Notes under the pieces: generated by a model | What the model was told of the DNA's origin: nothing | Database searches by the model: none | What the model saw: the letters and a program-made list of their open reading frames with translations, nothing else | Part shown: piece after piece, positions 32,531 through 42,800 of the stretch | Layout of the letters: each line of letters begins with the position of its first letter | Numbering within the stretch: position 1 is the first letter of the stretch | From: Bugula neritina | Taxonomy: Eukaryota; Animalia; Bryozoa | Assembly (NCBI GenBank): GCA_964035545.1 | Contig: OZ037773.1 | Coordinates: 215,751 to 279,750, forward strand | Direction of reading: 5' to 3' | DNA: 64,000 nt | Position numbers and translations under genes: made by a program

Positions 32531-35500
32531 ATGGGTAACGAACACGGAAGTATGGCATTTGCCCCTCTCTATAATCCAGTAAGTTATTATAATAACAGTT
32601 GAAGTCAGTTATGTTGCAGTAATATATACTACTTTTAGCAGCTAGAGTTCATTTAGGCTGTGAGTTTACCGTGTACCATAGTATACGAACTCATTTATCA
32701 CACATAGATGTATTGTTCTCAGCACTGTAACTGTCTATTCATACTTCTTTCCATAGCCTGTTCCGTACAGAGGGTTTTTGCCTATGGCTCCTAGTAGTGG
32801 CTCAACTGTGGTCATCAACGGTAGCGTCCCCACGTGGTGCAACAGGTATGAAGGCTAAATACTCTCTCATTTATTTTTTCTTCTTTTAGGATTCTTATAC
32901 GTAATATAGTCTTGTGCACATCATGAAATGCAGGCGCTGTCTGATTGATACTGTCTGAGTGCCCCTGTGTCCTTCTGATGCTGAATAATATCTGCAATAG
33001 TAAACTACATATTATATCTCACTGCATTTATTCAGGTTCCAGTTCAACTTAGAGACTGACAGTGGCGATGTAGCTCTACACTTCAATCCGAGATTCGAAG
33101 GGATGAATTCTGTAATCCGTAACACGTGTCGCAGTGGCTCCTGGGGTCAGGAGGAGAAACACGGGTCTTTCCCATTTCATCTTGGAGGGGGGTTTGAGGT
33201 GTCCATCACTATAGAAGATCCTCATTACAGGGTGGGTTGGTTGTACTAGCTCTGATATGTAATACTATGCACTATTCAAACTTTGTATTGTATTACTATC
33301 AATAGTCTGAATTTTTTCTCCGAGTAGAATAATTTTCCTCAATGTTGTGCTCTGAATTGACAGTCATTCTTTTTCATCACCTGGATTATTATGGTCATTG
33401 TCATAGAAATTTCTATATGAAGTTTGTAGCACTTTTGATTGCCGCATGTATTATAGCCTATACTGTTCTACGTCTGTGTTGTTTTCTTGTAGATTGATGT
33501 CAATGGTCGCCATTTCTGCAATTATCGCCACAGGATTCCTAAAGATTTTGCCAAGCAGTTGACTATTGAAGGGGACATCCAAGTTAGTCAAATTCACTTC
33601 CGGGGAGTGAGTAATGTAAGTTACCTAAATATTTATACAGTACATAGTAGAGCATTATCACGTAGTGTATAGTGGAAGTGCATAATGTGTACTGTAAGTA
33701 TATATAGGGCAGTATTGATATGCAATGTGTAGTGTGCACTTACAGTCTAATATAACTATATAAATAGATATGTGAATAATCATCACACCAACAAGAAAAA
33801 TAATTTATTTGTCAGTTTTAATGTAACAAACCTAAACATACACGTATGTTACTAAATATTCTTTAATCATTACCTTCTTACGTTGATTTATTTTTATGTA
33901 TGGAGTTGTGCTACCTTTTGTGACTATTTATTGGTGTGTGTTTCTGTTGCAGGCTCCTCTTTATAACCCGGTAAGTGTTTCCTTTTATATTAGTTTCATA
34001 GCACGCAGTCTAACATGTATAGCACACAGTCTAACTTGTATAGCACACAGCCTAACTTGTATAGCACACAGTCTAACTTGTATAGCACACAGTCTTACTT
34101 GTATAGCATACAGCCTAACTTGTATAGCACACAGTCTCACTTGTATAGCACACAGTCTAACTTGTATAGCATACAGTTTCACCTATATAGTATACAGTCT
34201 CATTCGTATAGCACACAGTCTAACTTGTATAGCACACAGTCTCATTCGTATAGCACACAGCCTAGCTTGTATAGCACACAGCGTAACTTGTATAGCACAC
34301 AGTCTCATTTGTATAGCATACAGCCTTCATCAGGAAATATAATCCAATAAACATATTTTAATGGTCCCATGACTTTTATCTTTCTAATCATTACATCTCT
34401 TTATATATGTGACATTATCTATATAATAAATTAGTGCTACTTTATACACAGCTGTTACGGTAGGTTTTATATTTGTAGCCTATGCCAGTGAATATTCCGG
34501 TAGCTGGTGGCATGCATCCTGGTAAGATGATCAGGATCAGTGGCCAACCGTCGTACAACCCAAGCAGGTTCGGGAGAATACACCATGCTGTTATATACTT
34601 TGATTACCAACAGCTTTAATGATCGTTTCTATGAAGTGAATACTTGAATCTATATGGTATGAGCCAATTTCTTCTCACCTTGACCTATATGTTTCAGATT
34701 CAATGTCAACTTAGTTCAAGGTCGTGGTTTCCATAGCAACGCAGATATTGGCCTCCATTGTGATGTTAGGTAAGCAGATTTTATGTGTATATATATAAAA
34801 TTTACTAGGTGGCATGGTGGCCGGTTTTTTTTCTGATTACCGTAGTTAGATTGCTAGACTCTGGTCCTTCTTACGGCTGATGTCTAAACACTGATAGAAT
34901 ATCTCACAAGTAATTATACCTAAGGCTTCATTTGATTTAAACTGTTTCTCTCGACAAAGGCACATTATTTCAGTTGCTGCCTGTTGCTGGTTTGTCTTCT
35001 AGCTAGTAGCTACAAACCCAGAATGTTGACTTGAAGCGCTCTTCATTATAAGATCTACGATATTTAGTGCAAAACAAGACATTCTATAAACGAAAAAGAG
35101 GAACTCTACTCTACCTTCATATGACATGAATAGTAAAGTTGGTATAAGCTGGTGAAGAGTTAGTTGTATCGTGAACTATGTTAGTGCAAATTAAACTATT
35201 CGGTATATCATCGAAATATAAAAAATTCCATTACTAGAAAATTCTAAAATGGTGGTTCACAGAAAGCAATTAAACACACATTTTATTGCAAATATTTTTT
35301 AGCAAAAACAGATTCTGGGACAACAAAATTTAATTAATATATAATTAGTCGAACTACTATAACGGCCCCATCTTTTGTCTTGTCATAATTCGATTATGTT
35401 GCTCTAGTCTTATCTTTTAAAGATGTTGTTACCAAAAATTGAATAGTCCCACCTCGGAGCTGAATCTGTGTGGCGACTCATACAAACTATTTTTAGATTC

Positions 35501-36052
35501 AACTACGGACAATCCCGTAACGTGGTTGTGAGAACACACCGTCAACATGGCGGATATGGCCCAGAAGAGAAACATGGTAGCTATTTCCCTTTTGTACCAG
35601 GACAACCGTTTGAACTACTGATAAGAGCTGAGCACGACAAGTATATGGTAGGTCTAACAATCTATTTACTCGCTCACAGCATTTACTTGTAGTGTAGGTG
35701 TGTAAAATATGTCAGAACAGTACTAACATGGTGGTACCTTGTTATCTTCTCTACTTTCATTACTTAGTGTCTGATTTTTAGTGTTTCATACTTTTTATAA
35801 AATGGAATCGCAAACAAGTGCAAAAATATTACAAGACTTATATAAATATTTATAAATAATTAGTATTAATTATTATTATTTGTATTACCGAGACTACATA
35901 ACAATATGTATTGTATACTCTTTATATTCTTTCAGATTGCTGTGAATAATCAGCACATGTTTGAGTTCCATCACAGAATGCATCCCATGAACAGATTTGA
36001 CCATCTTTACATTGAAGGAGATGTTAATATCAGTATGATACAGTTCCAGTGA
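32531..36052 (+). CDS. Tandem-repeat (bi-CRD) galectin, ~300 aa
   Basis: Exons 32531-32578, 32757-32845, 33036-33231, 33493-33615, 33953-33970, 34479-34567, 34698-34769, 35497-35647, 35936-36052. CRD1 reads ALHFNPRF...VIRNT...WGQEEK...FPF...YRHR; CRD2 reads GLHCDVRF...VVRTH...YGPEEK...FPF...FHHR. The ORF track largely misses it. Confidence 0.92.
33997..34325. repeat. 21-bp minisatellite x~15 in a galectin intron
   Basis: TAGCACACAGTCTAACTTGTA in tandem. Confidence 0.95.
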
Positions 36053-36949
36053 TTGGCTTCTTCGAATGTAACTTTCAATGAGATTTGTTGTCGGTGTTTG
36101 TTTTGCATTTAGCGTTTCACATTTGAATTGCTGTATGTCAAACAGACTACTAACCACTAAATTTAATGTAGCAGTAAATTCCGTTTATCTATTGACAACC
36201 AAAGTCCACGCTCCATGTCTAGTTTTCATTTAGATTTGTGATTGTCATGCTTTTCTTTTCAATCTTTTCCGCAATATTTATTATCTTTTTAATGAGAGCA
36301 AATAAAATGGAGCGGTTAATCTTGCAATACGTAACATAATATTCCATGTGCTCTAGACTCTAGACTCATACTTTTAGTAACAATCTATGTTATTGCCGTC
36401 CACTACTCACACACATTTGAGCAAAAACATTGTATAATGCTGCAGTAATTGGACTAATTCATTTAGTTAATTTCTAGGAAAGTTGTGAAATGTTAGTGAT
36501 TTCTTGTAAACGCTGTTCCTTGTGGTTAAACTGGGTAATGACTAAAGTTTTTCTAGTTCTTGTATTGGCAGGTTTATTATAGCCCTTTTATTCACTATTA
36601 ACAAATATGAACACTGTGCAAGCCTTTCGTACTATGGCTTCTACATTATTTAGTCTTTGTTCTGAGGTTATGATTGTCATAACTTTATAATCAAAACTGA
36701 AAGACCACACATTTGTAGTGGAGTTTCAACTAAGTTGAAGTTATCTGCTATTACTATTAGCCTACATATATAGGAAGAGAGCGCAACTCTATCTAAGTAT
36801 TCTAGTTGCATTCACATAAATATAATGTAAATTTGGCCTCCATAATGCAATTAGTATAAAAGAAAGCATGTGTGTAAAGAGTAGTGAGAAGAGAAAACAG
36901 TTGGATGAAGAATAGAGATATTGAGAGGCTGCGAGTGAACTGTTGAGTA

Positions 36950-37151
36950 TATATAGATCTGCGTGTACGGACACAACATCATGTGTTGGGGTGTGTTGGT
37001 GAGTGCTAGCACAGAATCCTAGACTGTGGACCACCACCAGACTAATACCCTGACCCAGAGACCTAATTTCCACCTATACAGATTGATAGGAGCTGGAGCT
37101 ACCTTGCCAGCCGAGCAACACATACTACGACCATTGAGTTAACCTGGCAGC
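36950..37151 (-). mobile_element. Degenerate SINE-like fragment with a tRNA-like 5' end
   Basis: The - strand begins GCTGCCAGGTTAACTCAATGGTCGTAG (A-box-like) and is a GC-richer island within AT-rich DNA; the B box is degenerate. Confidence 0.35.
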
Positions 37152-37673
37152 TACAACATATAATATTATATAGACAGTTCACAAAATAGCAGATTTCTGT
37201 TTCAACAACATGAATGGAGAAGAGCATGAAATCAAAAATTTCGCTATACACTGATTAGCTCATTTTATTCAAAATAAGCTCCTAGGTATAAACAAGTGAG
37301 CTGTATTGGGAGAAATAGATATTATATTTGCTCTATCCACAAATATTACCTGGCAGGAGAAAATCATTTAAGTATACAAAGGAAAATCTTAGGAAATTAA
37401 AAGCATGTCAAAATTTGAATCTGAAGAGCGACTCAAATTTTACAGCCATTATAGCTAAATGTTGGTTATAATTTCACTGTACCTACCTATCCAATACATA
37501 ATTATTGCTAATATGAAGTCATCAGAAAATATATTGATATCACCATTAAAAAATAGACATGTTGGTTGCAGAATAGTAACCTCGTTCACAATATGTTGAT
37601 GCAGACGTTGTAATGTATCACATGTAATAAATTGATTACTATAAAGACATCCAAATTAGTAACTATAACACTT

Positions 37674-37746
37674 TTGCTCCTATTAATTAGAACCCGAGAC
37701 CTCTAGCTTACAAGCAGGTTGGTAAGCTAACCAGTACACCACTGAG
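37674..37746 (-). mobile_element. tRNA-derived SINE head fragment
   Basis: The - strand reads CTCAGTGGTGTACTGGTTAGC...GAGGTCTCGGGTTCTAAT, with A- and B-box-like motifs at tRNA spacing but no complete cloverleaf. Confidence 0.5.
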
Positions 37747-37889
37747 TAAACTCAACACAATAGTAAGCAAATTTTAGGGAATTATATTGTTTTAAAAGGT
37801 TTGTTTCTACATAATAACTTAGGTATGAATTAAAGAGTTTTATAATATGAAATATGCAGAAAAGTACAATTCAACTTCATATAATATGG

Positions 37890-38560
37890 TGTGTTTTGAA
37901 GAAAATATACTATCTGACTAGGACAATAAAAAGGCTTTTTTTGGTAATATACCAAGCAACTGTAGAAACTACCGAAAACGAGCCGCTGCAACATACATTG
38001 GCCTGAGTGATGAGTAACTAACAAAAACATTAAACACATTTTAAGTTAGAAAATATTAAGGAAAGCGAAACCATACAACACAATTACCAAAAGGTGTAAT
38101 TCATGCCTATGGGAATGTTTCTTTATTTTTCACAAACCTAACATGTGTACTTTAAACAAGCGAAACGAGCTGTTGTCAACCTGCCGACACTCAAAAAAAT
38201 TCTTACTGTGCAACCACAAAACCTAGAAACTCTGTAGCCTATTTATATTTTATGTACGCTATAGTAAATAATATCCAGATACCTATAAAGTACAATCACC
38301 CAACAAAAACTTCATGCATCTGCTATAAATTGTGTTTTTACATTATGTGTTGCTTTTATATATTTAATTACACTTACAAACCTATATAACAACAAAGCCA
38401 CTGCTATGTTTGCATTACGTTTTACGTTATGTTCAGCATGTTGATTTTCTTAATGTAAAAATTTAAATCCATCAATATTGTGCCTGAGGAGTGCCGAAGA
38501 GGCATGAAACTACTAGTAGCACAATAAAACATCCAATTAAATTGCTCTTTTCTTCAATAA
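37890..38560 (+). mobile_element. 5'-truncated, decayed Penelope-like retroelement (GIY-YIG endonuclease relic plus 3' terminal repeat with a hammerhead)
   Basis: From 37941 it reads LVIYQATVETTENEP[frameshift]ATYIGLS (GIY-YIG motif). 38047-38226 reads [53 protein letters not shown], the typical PLE endonuclease C-terminus. A hammerhead, AATAAA and a (TA)n flank follow. Confidence 0.82.
38476..38526 (+). ncRNA. Type I hammerhead ribozyme
   Basis: Stem I TATTGTGC(38476-83)/GCACAATA(38519-26); core CTGAGGA(38484-90); stem II GTGCC-GAAGA-GGCAT; GAAA(38506-09); stem III ACT-ACT-AGT; cleavage triplet GUA, with the cut after 38518. Confidence 0.85.
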
Positions 38561-38600
38561 TATATATATATATAATATATATATATAATATATATATATA

Positions 38601-38806
38601 TATAAATAGGTATACGAGAAACATTGTTATTTATTACTTTATTAGGTAAAGTAATTACACTGATATTTCGGGTACCACTGTACCCATCTTCAGAGTAGCA
38701 ATGAATTGCTACTCTGAAGATGGGTACAGTGGTACCCGAAATATCAGTGTAATTACTTTACCTAATAAAGTAATAAATAACAATGTTTCTCGTATACCTA
38801 TTTATA
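38601..38806. repeat. Perfect inverted repeat, 102-bp arms with a 2-nt spacer, inserted in (TA)n; fold-back Penelope-type terminus
   Basis: 38601-38702 is the exact reverse complement of 38705-38806; it is flanked by TA microsatellite on both sides. Confidence 0.95.
38704..38754 (+). ncRNA. Minimal type I hammerhead ribozyme (mirror copy on the - strand at 38653-38702)
   Basis: Stem I AATTGC(T)ACT/AGTGTAATT; core CTGAAGA(38714-20); stem II GGGTAC-AGTG-GTACCC; GAAA(38738-41). Stem III is reduced to the palindrome ATAT; the triplet is AUC. Confidence 0.65.
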
Positions 38807-38835
38807 ATCAAATTGCTAGCTCGTAAAGATATATT

Positions 38836-38913
<78 letters not shown>

Positions 38914-39812
38914 ATAAATTGAATGGGTAGCGCAGAATATACTATTGAGGAGTGAGGACTAAGCAAATAACCATTCATAATAATTATAGATTGATAAAAA
39001 TTACTACAGATAAAATTATATCCTATAGAGTTATCTTTCTCTGTGCAGGTACCGCTGCATGGATAAAAATGTATGCAACATAATTATTATAGAGTTTGCT
39101 TTCTCTGTGCAGGTATTACTGCATGGAAGCAACACCGACTCGGAATGACTAGAAGCACAGTATTCGTATACACATCGTCTTTACCACTGAACTGAAACTA
39201 TAACTATAATTATAGTTCAATGGTCTTTACCACTGAGCTTATCGAGTTCATTGGCCTTTACTCCAAATTAGGAAACGTTGGCTTTATGCAACCCCCAATT
39301 CAGTGCTGTTTCTAGTCACTATCAATAATCGCAAATTTTACTTTCTGCTCTTCAATATTTTTCAACCCGTTTTACGTTCTCACGTGAGTTCTCCTGTCAC
39401 TGAACAAAGATTGTTGCCGCTAAACCTTTTGAAGTTAAAAAGGCGGGTCAAATAAAACTAAAAGTATCTCAAGGAACAAAGTGAAAGCTTTTGATTACGA
39501 TCGCAGTGGCTCTAGCTGTTGATAACATAGCAATTACTGTAGCTCACACCATGACATAATGATGATAATTCAATGGCTCACACACTCACAGGTGTCAATG
39601 GACGTAACACGTGTGTAAATGTAATCATCTTAGATTTTAACATTAGTAGTAGTACAACTACTAGCATTAGCAGTACCACCAGTACTAGTAGTAGTAGTCC
39701 TAGAGTCTAGACCGAGACTGAATGTAAACAAATTGAAATAGAATTTGATATTTGATTTTTTCATCAATTTTATAAAATTAAATATATAATTATGATATAG
39801 TAATTTATAATC

Positions 39813-42800
39813 ATGAAACTAAAGAAATTGTACAGAGATGAGTATCGAGATGTAGTAGATTCAATTACCTCTTTCAAGGAGTTACCGTTGGTCATGGATC
39901 ATCTAAAACAAAACTTTTCACAGTAAGTATTCTGTTAAATATTGAACTGTTGTATTTTTAATTTTTCTAGTTCTATAGAGTTGGTGTTACTTTTGCTTTA
40001 GCACAGAACCCCTGAAAGTGAAAACTTAAAAATACTAAGGAAACTGTAAACGTTTCCGTTTTAATTTTATTGTTAATTAATATTTTCACCACTACAAATA
40101 TAATTAACATTATAAGTATAACTTTCGTTTATAAAATTAAGTAATTTAGTATTAGAATGAAACTAGTCACTACAATAAATATAATACCCATACTGAAAGT
40201 AACTATAATAATAAGCCTATGGCCGAGTTAGTAATATGAATATTGAATATGAATATCTGAATATGAATATGGGTTGGATTCAGTCAAAACAATTCCATTA
40301 GTAAATTACTACATTTTAGTTTATGTTGATAGTATTAATTGAATCAGATAAGTCTATTGAACATAACTATAATTTTTGTTGTCAATTGACCATTCAAACT
40401 TGGTAGCTCAATTTGAAAATGGCATTTATGCACTATGGTTATGCTGAGCTTTTACTTTTAGGTTTGAACTTGACATTGATGAATGAAGTAAGGAGTAATG
40501 ATAGCTATAATAATAATAATTTCTGGTGTGCTTATAATTGGATTACATTTATTCCTTGAGTATTTAATGATTCACTATTTATTATTTTATGAATTTCATT
40601 ATGATTGTCTTGGAGCTTCTTAAACTAAAATTGCTCCGACTGTGTAATACTGACTTTATTAGAAATATAATATTGTTGTAGTTTTATGCACTACTCAAGT
40701 GGGGTATTATTGTATACAAGAATTACTGCTGCATGTATTACTACGAGATTGCGAGAGAAGTTGAAGTAGTTGACATTTATAACAGATTTATGTCTAATTA
40801 GCCTAAGTACAAAGAAAATTATCAATGATCATAAAAGTACACATATGGAACAGTTACGCAATATTATCCTAGTCTACATGACAGGTATTCTCCAACTGCG
40901 ACTGGGCCCTGGGAGGGTTGGCTCTGATTGGCCGGTGGGGGTTCTGGTGGTGCTACCATATGGAGTTATAATCTCTTGGAACTTTTATAATGACTTTCAT
41001 AATATAATACAATGTCACGACTTCTACTGCAGGTAGCCTACTTATACATGGGAGGTTTGGGGGTAGGCCTATACCTCCCACAGCCACTACAATATTCATA
41101 TTGACATTACATATATACCCAAGCATCACATTTAAGTTTGATGATTACATTATTGCTATTACTATCACAACCCTTGTAGTTGAGTAATGAAACTATGGTC
41201 ATCCGTATATCTGAAATCATCATGGGAGGAGAAACAGTTAATTTTGGCATTTTTAACTTTGTGTTGTAATATGTGGTTAGACACAAAAGTTTAGAGTGAG
41301 ATGAAGATTTATATGTTGGATTTCAACTGCTTGTATGCTATTCTCAAGACTTTGGTTTGAATTTCTGTAGTATCAATGAAAAGACGCTATGGAGCATTCA
41401 CAATACAAGCTATAAAAACAGGATGAAAAAAAGAACCCCATTATTAAAGTCAGAATCAGCTTTCATCCATGAAATCTATATTCCGTAAGTAGTACCTCTT
41501 TTCTCATAATAAACACTCAGCACACCTGCAACAAGTGGCTTTATGTGTTTCAATTTCTATGGCTTAAATTTTGTCAGGTTATAAGGGCAAAGCCATTTGC
41601 AAAATCAAAATTACTTAATAAATACTTCTGCGGTGCAGCAATACAACTTCCAGGGTCTACGTGCCCTTGTAGCAAAGTAAATTGTTAAATACATTCATCA
41701 GGAGGTAATGGTTATCAGGAAATCTTTAAAAAAAGTGTAAAATTTAAAGTTTTAAATGTAATCAATAAAGTATGGATCCCTTTAGCTAATCTATATATTC
41801 TTGTCATGATTACACATAAAAACTGCAGCAAATGATGTTTATCAGTGTGAAACTTTAAACTGTTTTTATAGGTACTGTGAACAAGCGGCCAAAGATTGCA
41901 CGACTTTGCTGCGAATATCACAGCAGGTATAAGACTATATAATACCAAACTAGTGACAAGTAATATTATATATTGCTAAAAGATATGACAGATAATATTT
42001 TATATGCTACTGAACTATATGGTGCTAGAATTCTACAACTGGTTTCTGTGCCTACCCCTGTCATTGCTGAGTTTGTGCTCTGCAGGTGGACATTTCCCCA
42101 GCTCTGGTTGCTAAGCGACTGCTTGAATACATGCTGACCACCCAGTCAGTAACCACTCAGTCAGTATCCACTCAGTCAGTATCCACTCAGTCAGTATCCA
42201 CTCAGTCAGTATCCACCCAGTCAGTATCCACTCAGCCCGTATCCACTCATCCAGTATCCACCCAGCCAGTATCCACTCATCCAGTATTCACTCAGCCAGT
42301 ATCCACTCAGTCAGTATCCACCCAGCCAGTAGCCACTCATCCAGTATCCACTCAGTCAGTATCCACCCAGTCAGTAACCACTCAGTCAGTATCCACTCAG
42401 TCAGTGTCCACTCAGTCAGTATCCACTCAGCCAGTAACCACTCAGTCAGTATCCACTCGTCTGACTTCTACCAGTCAACTTCTGCACCACCCAGACTTCA
42501 CTGACTGCACAAAAAGTGCTGAACTGCCTGGAACTTCTGCAGTCCAGCAAGAGACGTGTGAAGTCAACACCGCACCTATTAGCTCATTTCCTGTGACCGC
42601 AGAGAAAGAGTTTGACCTGCCAAATGCTACACCATTTCACTCAGTACATCCAATGGTTGATGGTGTACAGGGTGAAGGTCAAAGGGTTGATGGAAGCTCA
42701 GTGTCTTCTTTATGTCTTCTGAACCAGTATCTGTTACTTAATCAGGTTTGTTTGTAGACTATTTCTCAACATGTCAGTTTTGTTGTTAAGTTTTACATCT

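Noticed and set aside
37674-37746. tRNA gene
   Set aside because: It has A/B-box-like motifs but no complete acceptor stem or cloverleaf; treated as a SINE head.
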